Source: an uncultured Prevotella sp. (GTDB taxonomy: Bacteria; Bacteroidota; Bacteroidia; Bacteroidales; Bacteroidaceae). Taken from it: a stretch of 64,000 bases of DNA. The DNA lies in NCBI GenBank assembly GCA_946548085.1, contig CAMNPN010000001.1, positions 5,901 through 69,900 of the forward strand, read 5' to 3'. The notes under the pieces were generated by a model. It was not told where the DNA came from. It saw only the letters and a program-made list of their open reading frames with translations, and made no database searches. Both the position numbers and the translations under genes were made by a program. Every line of letters starts with the position of its first letter. Position 1 is the stretch's first letter. Below, one piece after another: positions 10,232-18,678 of the stretch.

Positions 10232-10350
10232 TGAATGAGGTGTCCAGGTAGGTGTTAAGGTAGGTGTTGAGGTAGGTGTCCAGTTAGGTGTTTGAACGTC
10301 AAAGTCCCTTTAAATAAAGGATTTCCGAGGAATCTGAGGTAGGTGTTTGG
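10232..10350. repeat. Right inverted arm with 12-bp tandem iteron-like repeats
   Basis: ggtaggtgtt-containing units run tandemly across 10238-10292, with an isolated unit at 10336-10348. The reverse complement (gccaaacacctacctcagattcc...tttaaaggga...cacctacctcaacacctaccttaacacctacctgg) aligns with 8616-8745. Confidence 0.85.
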
Positions 10351-10379
10351 CAAAAACAGAGAACATGATTTCGAAATGA

Positions 10380-10410
10380 GAGAAAAAAACTGTCAAGGAA
10401 TCCTCGACAG
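10380..10410 (-). terminator. Rho-independent terminator of the 10440-10976 gene
   Basis: On the minus strand, the hairpin ctgtcgagg-att-ccttgacag (9-bp stem, one mismatch) is followed by TTTTTTT. Confidence 0.7.
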
Positions 10411-10439
10411 TTCAAATTATAGTTGGTACTGCTATTCTT

Positions 10440-10976
10440 TTACCAACTCCAGATGCTGGTATTCGTATTGTTGCTGCGCTGCTCGGTGGTAGTATTTCCA
10501 AATGAATCTGTATAACTTGACGATGAACCTATAATCTGGCCATTGTTATTGCTATAGGTGGTCGTTGTATTTCCAAAACTATCTGTGTAGCTGTTTGATG
10601 ATCCTGTAAATCCACCATTGCCATTGGAATACGTTGTATGGGTATTCCCAAAACTGTCAGTATAGCTGTTTGAAGATCCGATGTAACCACCATTGGCATT
10701 TTGGTGTCTCGTTGTCGTGTTACCAAAGCAGTCCGTTGAGGTAGTAGAGGTACCAATAACACGACCATTTCGATCTCTGTGAGTGGTCGTCGTGTTACCA
10801 AAACTATCCGTATATGACGATGATGTACCCGTGATGCCCCCATTTGCATTCCGATGGGTGCTTGTGCTGTTTCCGAAACTGTCGGTATATCTTGAAGACG
10901 AACCAACGTTATAACCCTGTGCGTTTGCTGCGATGGCGAATGTGACAGCCATCAATGTCATCATTAACTTTTTCAT
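10440..10976 (-). CDS. Secreted repeat protein (6 x 25-aa G-S-S-S-Y-T-D-S-F-G-N-T-T-T repeats)
   Basis: 178 aa with signal peptide MKKLMMTLMAVTFAIAANAQ, followed by six tandem 25-residue units (75-bp DNA period). I recognise no family. Confidence 0.7.
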   Translation of the reverse strand: MKKLMMTLMAVTFAIAANAQGYNVGSSSRYTDSFGNSTSTHRNANGGITGTSSSYTDSFGNTTTTHRDRNGRVIGTSTTSTDCFGNTTTRHQNANGGYIGSSNSYTDSFGNTHTTYSNGNGGFTGSSNSYTDSFGNTTTTYSNNNGQIIGSSSSYTDSFGNTTTEQRSNNTNTSIWSW

Positions 10977-11065
10977 AATTCTAATGTTTAAATTGTTACT
11001 AATTTGTTGTTCTTTTGCCTCTTTATACCCAAAAAGTTCAAAAGGTAACCACTAAAACAAAAAAA

Positions 11066-11524
11066 TTATTTCTTTTTTTTCATTTCTTTCATTTTTGCCT
11101 TAAGGGCGTTGTAAGCAGTTGCTGCCTCTGGGCAATTGTCTTTCTTGCCTGTTTTATAATCATTTAAGGCCTCCTTGTAATAGCCTAAAGCCTCATAGGC
11201 TTCCCCTCGCGTAACAAATATGAGACCTATTGGCTCAATACTGATTGCTTGAGTGGCGTTTTCAATCACATCATACCAACGCTGAGCCTTATGGGCTTCC
11301 AATGCCCGAGAAGCATAAAACCTAAACATCTCTTGTCGCCTCGCGGCCATTTCCTGCTGTCTTGCTGCCGCTTCAGCCTGGGCCCTTATGGCCATGTTCA
11401 TTATGCCTGGGTCATAGAGATCCATCGTCGGCATTCTCACATAGTCATCGTAACCATAGATCTGTGCCTGTGCCGACATCATCACAAAACACATCATTGC
11501 TGTTGCCAAAAGTTCCTTCTTCAT
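11066..11524 (-). CDS. Small secreted TPR-like protein
   Basis: 152 aa with a signal peptide ending SAQAQ and one TPR-like motif (GEAYEALGYYKEALNDY). A TAACTTTG box at 11550-11557 (minus strand) lies 25 nt upstream of the ATG. Confidence 0.65.
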   Translation of the reverse strand: MKKELLATAMMCFVMMSAQAQIYGYDDYVRMPTMDLYDPGIMNMAIRAQAEAAARQQEMAARRQEMFRFYASRALEAHKAQRWYDVIENATQAISIEPIGLIFVTRGEAYEALGYYKEALNDYKTGKKDNCPEAATAYNALKAKMKEMKKKK

Positions 11525-11653
11525 AATCTACAAATTTTAAATAACTCCGCAAAGTTACGTCGATTTGGGCCTCAATCCAAGAAAAAACACAATAACAACC
11601 TTGTGAAATATATAATATGTGGTAAAAACATTCTCGCATTCAATATTTTTTTG

Positions 11654-11661
11654 TATCTTTG
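11654..11661 (+). promoter_or_regulatory. -7 promoter box TATCTTTG of the CHAT-AbiH-CHAT operon
   Basis: Exact TAnnTTTG match 27 nt upstream of the ATG at 11689. It overlaps the TTG start used by the ORF track at 11659. Confidence 0.6.
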
Positions 11662-11688
11662 CCCCAAGTGGAACTAAAAATTGAATAT

Positions 11689-14600
11689 ATGAGAAGACTT
11701 ATTTCTGTCCTATTGTGTGCTGTTTGCCATATAGTCGCTATGGCTCATGTTATTGAGAACCCCATTTTTGACATGACACATTCTCCGAACTTTCGAGTTA
11801 ACAAGATTATCATATCACCTGATACCACCTACTTGTTTTGTACATGCTTTATTAGTGGCACATGGGTAAATATTTCAAAATCAACATATATTGAAGATAT
11901 TGAGTCTATGAACAGATACAATATTATAAAATCCGAAGGTTTGCCTTTTGGTCCTGACAAGATTGAGGTTATAGGTGACTCTTTGATTAATGCGGTATTG
12001 TATTTCCCTCGAATTACAGGAAGCAAAGTTAATTTTATAGAGGATGAGAATTCATATGCATTCAATATCTATGGTATAAACATTAATGAATCATACAAGT
12101 CAACATATACCGATAGAGACATTGATGAATTCAGGGAGTTGGCAGTTAAAGAAGATACTTCTGGTAATTGGGATGCGTCAATAGATTATTCTTTAAAGCA
12201 ACTAGAAGCTTCTGACTATGTTTATGGAAAACGTTCTTTTCCAAGCGCATGGTCTATGTACAATTTAACAATGGAGTATGCTCAATTAGAAAATCAAGAA
12301 TTTGCTGCACGTAAAATGATAGAATGGGGAGAAAAAGCAATTGATATCCTAAACAATGTATCTGCCTACAATTTAAGATTAGATAGTATTAATTTAGACG
12401 TGTTAGCGAGAGCGTATGGAAATACAAGTACTGCATTTACACAACTTGGGCAAAGTGACTCAGCGTCATATTATATGGATAAATCTTTAGATATCAGGAG
12501 AAATTTAGGCAAAGTTAATGGCCTAGATTATGAAGAATATTTGATGCATATGGCAAGAAATTCGTTTTTTGAAGAGAAATACCCTCAAGCATATCTATAT
12601 GCAAAAGAAAGTTCAGATATTTATGAAAAGAAATATAACGAAAATCAGTTGTTTTATGGTTGCTTGTATCTTAATACTTTATCTTACTTGTGCAACTTTG
12701 CTGAAAAGATTGGTAAATATGAAGAGTCCATTAATTATGGGAATAAGGTGCTAGCTCTCTTAAATAGTAATGTATGTCCGGATAAAAAGAGCCAAGAAAT
12801 TTTATACGCATCTACTTGTACGGGGTTGGCTTGTGCATATTCTCAAATTGCCCAAAATGATAAATCTATCGAAATATTAGAAAGTTTTCTAGACACAAAA
12901 CAGGAGTATGGACGTATGTCTATTAGAATGCTATTAGCGGAACAATTGTTGAATTGTAGAAAAGACACGACAAAAGTTATTCAAGAATACAAATCAATAC
13001 TTAAAACTTTGGAAGATAGTATCAGTGTCGGAAAATATAATTATCCAGATTACTCAGAAATCCTCCATAAACTGGCTATTGTTTATATGAAGAAAGATAT
13101 AGATTCTACTATTCACTATTTTGATAAGTATATTGAAGTTCAGAAAAAGTGGAATGGCGAAGAGTCTATTGCATATGGCAATTCTCTTTTTGAGTATATT
13201 CAGTGGTTATCTCCTATTATTATATTAAAGAAGAGTCAAGAAATAGAAAAGGTACAATCATATTTATATCAATCAGCCAATATTATTAAACGCCATTTCA
13301 ATAATTCAATTCCTTTCCTTTCTAAAAGAGACAGAAAGAATTATTGGCAACACTATAAGTTCCTATTTACTGAGTGGATACCCATTATTAATAGAATACT
13401 GAAAACAGACATTTCTTATTCTATGGCTTATGATGCCGCTCTTTTTTATAAAGGAATGTTATTGTCTTCAGAATTGGAATTTAAGAATGTACTTTTATCA
13501 AGTGAAGATAAAACTTTAAAAGAATTGTATGAATCCTATTCACATAATCTTGCTTTAATTGAAAATCTGTATTCTACAAATAGCAATACATCTTTAGTGG
13601 ACTCTTTGAAGTCTGTAATAAGTAGTCAAGAATATCTTCTTTCTCAAAAGGTGTCTAGGTCCTACAGAGAATTCAAAGGTACTAATTTTTCATGGCAAGA
13701 TGTTAGAGGGAAGTTAAGCGATAAAGATGTTGCTATTGAAATAGTATCATATAAAACATTAGTTGATACTATTACTTATTATGATGCATATATCTTAAAA
13801 AAAGGTATATCTGCACCAATACTTATACCACTGTTTGAAGAGAATCAATTAAAAAATTACGTTTCTAATGGCAAAGTTGATTATATGGGCATATCCTCAT
13901 TATTATGGGCTAATGAGGATATGAAGGAAGTTTTAAAGGGAAAAAAGAATATCTATTTCTCAACTTCAGGATTACTAAATCAAATAGGGATAGAATATTT
14001 ACCAATATCTGATGAAAAATATATCTATGATATTTATAACTTGTATAGACTTTCATCTACAAGAGAGTTATGCATGATGGACGATATTCATAATATAGTG
14101 TGTGCATATATTTATGGTGGTCTAGATTATAATGCTTCTGTCGAGAATGATGGGAATGGAAATATCATTAATGATAGTAAAGTGGGTGTGTCTGTTATTA
14201 GGTCGTTAAAGCAAAGAGGGGGATTTGATTATCTTGCAGGTTCAAAAGATGAAATACTTAAGGTTTCTCAAGAATTACAGAATAACAATATAGATTGTAC
14301 TGTTTACACAGCAGAAAAGGGTACTGAGGAATCCATAAAGAAGTTATCAGGTAGTATTGTTAATGCACTTCATATATCAACTCATGGTATCTGCATTTCT
14401 ATAGATAATGATAGCGTATTTCAAAAAAACAATTTGCCGGTTCTGACGCCAGATGAAAATAAAGATATAGATGAAGAAGAAATGTCATTGTCAAGATCAT
14501 TCTTGGTAATGTCCGGAGGCAATTTGCTGATTCGTCGAGATAGTATACCTGAAGGTAAAGATGACGGGTTATTGACTGCGCTTGAGATCTCACATCTTGA

Positions 14601-14913
14601 TTTCCTTAATCTTGATCTTGTTGTGTTATCTGCATGTCAAACAGCCTTAGGCGATGTTGATTCAGAAGGGGTATATGGCCTTCAAAGAGGTTTTAAGAAA
14701 GCTGGCGCAAAAAGCATTCTGATGAGTTTGGATAACGTTGATGATGAAGCAACTCGAATACTTATGGTGGAGTTTTATCGCAATCTTATGAGTGGAAAGA
14801 CAAAGCATCAATCCCTCAAAGATGCCCAGAAGTATCTTCGTCAGGTTGAGAATGGGAAATATGACAAGCCTGAGTACTGGGCCTCGTTTATTATGTTGGA
14901 TGGTCTAAATTGA
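11689..14913 (+). CDS. Exported TPR-repeat CHAT-domain (caspase-fold) protease, long form
   Basis: 1074 aa from the ATG. Has signal peptide MRRLISVLLCAVCHIVAMA and long TPR-like helical repeats. The C-terminal CHAT domain carries His (NALHISTHG) and Cys (LVVLSACQTALG), and the conserved tail ends YWASFIMLDGLN. Confidence 0.85.
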   Translation: MRRLISVLLCAVCHIVAMAHVIENPIFDMTHSPNFRVNKIIISPDTTYLFCTCFISGTWVNISKSTYIEDIESMNRYNIIKSEGLPFGPDKIEVIGDSLINAVLYFPRITGSKVNFIEDENSYAFNIYGININESYKSTYTDRDIDEFRELAVKEDTSGNWDASIDYSLKQLEASDYVYGKRSFPSAWSMYNLTMEYAQLENQEFAARKMIEWGEKAIDILNNVSAYNLRLDSINLDVLARAYGNTSTAFTQLGQSDSASYYMDKSLDIRRNLGKVNGLDYEEYLMHMARNSFFEEKYPQAYLYAKESSDIYEKKYNENQLFYGCLYLNTLSYLCNFAEKIGKYEESINYGNKVLALLNSNVCPDKKSQEILYASTCTGLACAYSQIAQNDKSIEILESFLDTKQEYGRMSIRMLLAEQLLNCRKDTTKVIQEYKSILKTLEDSISVGKYNYPDYSEILHKLAIVYMKKDIDSTIHYFDKYIEVQKKWNGEESIAYGNSLFEYIQWLSPIIILKKSQEIEKVQSYLYQSANIIKRHFNNSIPFLSKRDRKNYWQHYKFLFTEWIPIINRILKTDISYSMAYDAALFYKGMLLSSELEFKNVLLSSEDKTLKELYESYSHNLALIENLYSTNSNTSLVDSLKSVISSQEYLLSQKVSRSYREFKGTNFSWQDVRGKLSDKDVAIEIVSYKTLVDTITYYDAYILKKGISAPILIPLFEENQLKNYVSNGKVDYMGISSLLWANEDMKEVLKGKKNIYFSTSGLLNQIGIEYLPISDEKYIYDIYNLYRLSSTRELCMMDDIHNIVCAYIYGGLDYNASVENDGNGNIINDSKVGVSVIRSLKQRGGFDYLAGSKDEILKVSQELQNNNIDCTVYTAEKGTEESIKKLSGSIVNALHISTHGICISIDNDSVFQKNNLPVLTPDENKDIDEEEMSLSRSFLVMSGGNLLIRRDSIPEGKDDGLLTALEISHLDFLNLDLVVLSACQTALGDVDSEGVYGLQRGFKKAGAKSILMSLDNVDDEATRILMVEFYRNLMSGKTKHQSLKDAQKYLRQVENGKYDKPEYWASFIMLDGLN

Positions 14914-14921
14914 AAGAGGCA

Positions 14922-15887
14922 ATGGCAAAGAATATATATTATATAGGGAATGGCTTCGACCTACATCACCTCATACAGAGCAGCTATAAGAACTACGCAG
15001 ATTGGTTAATGTGCTTTGACTATGGTTTATATTTAAAGGTCAATATGGTATATGGTGCTTTGGGCAGAGAAGATGAATGGTGGGGGGATTTTGAGAACCA
15101 TATTGGAGATTTGGATGTTGAAGCCTATTCTGCTTGGGTATATAGAAACTATGGCCCTGATTTTGGAAGTGATAGTTTTCGCGAGGCCGATCGTTATACT
15201 GCAGAAATGAAAGCAGAGGAGGAACTGAATGATCTGTATTATAAAATTAAACACTCGTTTTACAAATGGGTTCAGCAACTCCATTTAGCAAATGTATTAA
15301 GAAAGGTAGTATTAGATATAAGTGATTCTTATTTCATTTGCTTTAATTATACAGATACCCTGAGGAGACTTTATAAAATCCCCCAGGATAAGATTTGTTA
15401 TATACATGGTAATGCAAGGAAGGGAGATGAATTAGTTCTAGGCCATGGTAAAACAAAGGATCAGTTAATCGAACCTACGTTGATGCCACCTAACTTAACA
15501 GAAGAGCAGCAGCAAGAATGGATTGATGAGAATATAACGGATGACTCATTTCATAGGACTGTAGACGCTACTATAGATGCTGTTAGTAATCAAAGGAAGG
15601 AAGTGGAAAGAATAATATTTCATAATGATGAGGCATGGAATCAAATGACTCATGCACAAAATTTTTACATATACGGTCTTTCCTTCTCCTCAATAGATAC
15701 ACCTTATATAACCAAGGCTCTTTCTATGATGGATAAGAAAAACCTCTCCATTGTAGTAAATTATTATAATCAGAAAGACATAGAGAAAATAAAGGAATAC
15801 TTTCATCAGTTAGAGTTTCCTGAAGAGAAAATAACTATAGTACAATTGAAGGATCTTTTGGTGTACAAACACTTGTATAATCATTAA
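14922..15887 (+). CDS. AbiH-like (abortive infection AbiH family) protein
   Basis: 321 aa. N-terminal IYYIGNGFDLHHLIQSSYKNYADWL and the internal FNYTDTLRRLY...YIHG...LVLGHG blocks match my memory of the AbiH family. No signal peptide. The ATG is 8 nt after the upstream stop. Confidence 0.75.
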   Translation: MAKNIYYIGNGFDLHHLIQSSYKNYADWLMCFDYGLYLKVNMVYGALGREDEWWGDFENHIGDLDVEAYSAWVYRNYGPDFGSDSFREADRYTAEMKAEEELNDLYYKIKHSFYKWVQQLHLANVLRKVVLDISDSYFICFNYTDTLRRLYKIPQDKICYIHGNARKGDELVLGHGKTKDQLIEPTLMPPNLTEEQQQEWIDENITDDSFHRTVDATIDAVSNQRKEVERIIFHNDEAWNQMTHAQNFYIYGLSFSSIDTPYITKALSMMDKKNLSIVVNYYNQKDIEKIKEYFHQLEFPEEKITIVQLKDLLVYKHLYNH

Positions 15888-15894
15888 TAATGAT

Positions 15895-17559
15895 ATGAAA
15901 CGGCTGCTGTGGATATTATTAACTATAGGATTATTTGTTCATAAGGCAAATGGTCAGAAAAGTGAAGTTAGTATTGACAGAGCCATGTCTCTTTCAAGGA
16001 TGGCGGATTTCTATTATACTGCCCATAATTATGAGAAGGCAATAGAGCAAGAAAAGAAAGCACTTGACATGAAGAGTGTACTCTATGGTATACATAGTTT
16101 GGAATATGCAACGTCGGCATTCAATCTCGCCAAGTATTATTATGATCGAGGGATGGAGGGTGAAATTGAATGCAATCCATCAGACTTTATCTACGCAACA
16201 GAGTATGCGAAGAAGTCTATGGCCATTATAAAGGATACGGTCCTTTTTGAAATGAAAGGTTTGGATTATAATTCAAGGTATCAGTTGTGGCAGAACGTAA
16301 ATACTATTTTTGACAGCACCTTTCCGAGCTATGTGGCGAAGAATCCCAATGATTCTATTCTCTCTGATCTTTACAATATCATACTATTTTCAAAAGGAAT
16401 AACCTGGAGAAGAGACGGAGGCATAAATACAATGTGCTGGAAAGAAATACAGAACGCACTTGGTGAGAATGATATCGCTATCGAATTTATATCACCAGTA
16501 GTGCCATCTAATGATAATATGGTGTTCTATGCGTTGACGCTAAAAAAGGGATATAGATGTCCTAAGATGACAAGGCTTTTTGATATCTTTCAGTTTAAAG
16601 ATTCATTAAAATCTTGTAGTTCAAAAGTCGAAAAAGGCCAAAAGATCGGAAATATGGTTTGGAATCCTCTTAATAATGAACTCATTGGAATAGAGAATGT
16701 CTATTTCTCTGCAACGCATGTGCTGAATAATATGCCTATTGAGTATATGCCAATAACTGACACGGAAACCTACAGTGACAGATATTGCATGATAAGGGTT
16801 TCGTCTACTCAAGAAATTGCAAATAATAAAAAACGTAATCATTTTAACAAAGCTATCCTATTCGGAGGTTTGCAATATGAGGCTATAGAGGCGAAAGGTG
16901 AAGATAGAATGGAAAGAAGTGGATTTGAACCTTTACCAAATACAGGAGAAGAGGTCGCTGAGATTGCGAATGTATTTGAGAAAAGACATATCGACTACAA
17001 AGTTTATTCTGGTGATGAAGGGACGGAAGAATTATTTAAGTCTCTTTCCGGCAGTTCCGTTGATATCCTTCATTTAGCAACTCATGGTAAGTATATAGTC
17101 AATAACGACGTTGGGGTGTATCATAATGGTGATGAAGCTTTGACGAATTCGATACTTGTTTTTTCTGGGGTAAATAAACGATCTACATCTAGTTTTGAAC
17201 AAGATGATGGTATAGTAACAGCTCTCGATATATCGCAGATGGTCTTTGGTAATCTTGATCTCATTTCATTATCAGCCTGTGAGTCTGCTTTGGGTGAATA
17301 TGGGATAGATGACAGTATCATGGGTTTACAGCGTGGCTTTAAAATTGCTGGAGCTAATACCATTTTGATGAGTATAGACAAAGTTGATGATGAAGCAACA
17401 AGAATACTGATGGTAGAGTTCTATCGCAATCTTATGAGTGGAAAGACAAAGCATCAATCCCTCAAGGATGCCCAGAAGCATCTTCGCAAGGTTGAGAATG
17501 GGAAATATGACAAGCCCGAGTATTGGGCATCTTTTATTATGTTGGATGGGTTGAATTAA
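15895..17559 (+). CDS. Exported TPR-repeat CHAT-domain protease, short form
   Basis: 554 aa with signal peptide MKRLLWILLTIGLFVHKANG and N-terminal TPR-like repeats. CHAT His (DILHLATHG) and Cys (LISLSACESALG) are present. The last ~60 aa are nearly identical to the 11689-14913 product. Confidence 0.85.
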   Translation: MKRLLWILLTIGLFVHKANGQKSEVSIDRAMSLSRMADFYYTAHNYEKAIEQEKKALDMKSVLYGIHSLEYATSAFNLAKYYYDRGMEGEIECNPSDFIYATEYAKKSMAIIKDTVLFEMKGLDYNSRYQLWQNVNTIFDSTFPSYVAKNPNDSILSDLYNIILFSKGITWRRDGGINTMCWKEIQNALGENDIAIEFISPVVPSNDNMVFYALTLKKGYRCPKMTRLFDIFQFKDSLKSCSSKVEKGQKIGNMVWNPLNNELIGIENVYFSATHVLNNMPIEYMPITDTETYSDRYCMIRVSSTQEIANNKKRNHFNKAILFGGLQYEAIEAKGEDRMERSGFEPLPNTGEEVAEIANVFEKRHIDYKVYSGDEGTEELFKSLSGSSVDILHLATHGKYIVNNDVGVYHNGDEALTNSILVFSGVNKRSTSSFEQDDGIVTALDISQMVFGNLDLISLSACESALGEYGIDDSIMGLQRGFKIAGANTILMSIDKVDDEATRILMVEFYRNLMSGKTKHQSLKDAQKHLRKVENGKYDKPEYWASFIMLDGLN

Positions 17560-17560
17560 T

Positions 17561-17586
17561 ATTGGAGAGGGAATTCCCTCTCCAAT
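17561..17586. terminator. Perfect 26-nt palindrome, bidirectional terminator candidate
   Basis: attggagagggaattccctctccaat starts 2 nt after the CHAT stop. It lies between convergent ORFs and has no long T run. Confidence 0.55.
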
Positions 17587-17590
17587 AACG

Positions 17591-17737
17591 CTACCACACA
17601 TAAGGTCTATCAAGGATTTTTGTGTTTCCGCACTTGGGGCACTTAAACTCTGTTAGTTGACGAACTACACCATTTCGGATTTCTGTTCTTGTCCTCATCT
17701 CGACCATCTGGCTTTTACAAAAGAAACAATTTTCCAT
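17591..17737 (-). CDS. Small zinc-ribbon protein (YgiT/MqsA-N-terminal-like CxxC...CxxC), candidate
   Basis: 48-aa ORF below the track cutoff: MENCFFCKSQMVEMRTRTEIRNGVVRQLTEFKCPKCGNTKILDRPYVW. A TACCTTTG box lies at 17851-17858 (minus strand) upstream. Convergent with the CHAT gene. Confidence 0.4.
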   Translation of the reverse strand: MENCFFCKSQMVEMRTRTEIRNGVVRQLTEFKCPKCGNTKILDRPYVW

Positions 17738-18145
17738 AATTGAATCAATTATTTGTTAATATTATGCGGTTCTCCATGCACCGCGTTATCAAGCTACTAA
17801 CATTGGTTCAAGACTCGAGTATGGAGCAGAAACTGGAGTTTTTCCATGTGCAAAGGTATAAACAATAATTGAGAACGCCAAACAATCTCACCATTTTTTT
17901 TGATAAACTCTCAGAATAGACGCCATTTACGTGTTATTGAACGAATACGGTCATTTGATGAAAATATCACTTTGAAGGCTCTTTCTTCTTGCTGGTTCAT
18001 CTGCTCTTAAGGAACTTCTCTATCTGATTGGTATGTCCTTCCATGTTGTTGCCTTTTCCTCTTGATACTGGGCATTATTTCAAGATAATTGAGTAGAAAG
18101 AGTGCAAACTTGCGTGATAGTTGAGTTTCGTGCTTATTTTTCACA

Positions 18146-18346
18146 GGTGACAAAGGAGCAGAATCTTCATTCTTATCATTATCAGGAGGACCAATAGATA
18201 TACTTCATTTAGCTACTCATGCAAGTATATCAGCAGTAGTATGGGGTTGCAAAGATGCCCAAAAGTATCTTCGTCAGATTGAAGATGGGAAATATGACAA
18301 ACCAGAGTATTGGGCCTCATTTATCATGTTGGATGGATTGAACTAA
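18146..18346 (+). pseudogene. Internally deleted remnant of a third CHAT protease gene
   Basis: The frame reads GDKGAESSFLSLSGGPIDILHLATHAS...KDAQKYLRQIEDGKYDKPEYWASFIMLDGLN*. It retains the His box and the C-terminal tail but lacks the roughly 110-aa segment with the catalytic Cys. It has no start codon; an in-frame TGA lies at 18122-18124. Confidence 0.75.
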
Positions 18347-18348
18347 AA

Positions 18349-18370
18349 GAGGGCGCATTAATGCGCCCTC
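18349..18370. terminator. Perfect 22-nt palindrome after the CHAT remnant
   Basis: gagggcgcattaatgcgccctc sits 3 nt after the remnant stop, in the same position as the 17561-17586 palindrome relative to the LDGLN stop. Confidence 0.5.
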
Positions 18371-18376
18371 GACATG

Positions 18377-18520
18377 TTAGTGGCATAGTATACCGAGCAA
18401 TGACGCTATGATACTCAAAAATGCAGCTATCTGTGTGAGAACATCTGATCTCCTTTTTGAATTGCTGACATTATAGTTATGCCACTCCACGTGTACCTTC
18501 TGAATTAACATTATTATCAT
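18377..18520 (-). CDS. Small tail-anchored hydrophobic peptide, candidate
   Basis: 47-aa ORF MIIMLIQKVHVEWHNYNVSNSKRRSDVLTQIAAFLSIIASLLGILCH with one C-terminal TM helix. A TATCTTTG box lies at 18633-18640 (minus strand) upstream. Confidence 0.3.
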   Translation of the reverse strand: MIIMLIQKVHVEWHNYNVSNSKRRSDVLTQIAAFLSIIASLLGILCH

Positions 18521-18678
18521 AACAATAATTCTTTTTGATACTCCGTGGCTCCGAGGCTCCTGGAGTTGTGGTGAATAAATACTTCACGGCTCTGTGGCTC
18601 TCCAGAAGATGAGCGAGTTTCGTTCACGGCAGCAAAGATACAACAAGATTACTAAACTTCCAAATTTTTTATGGAAAA

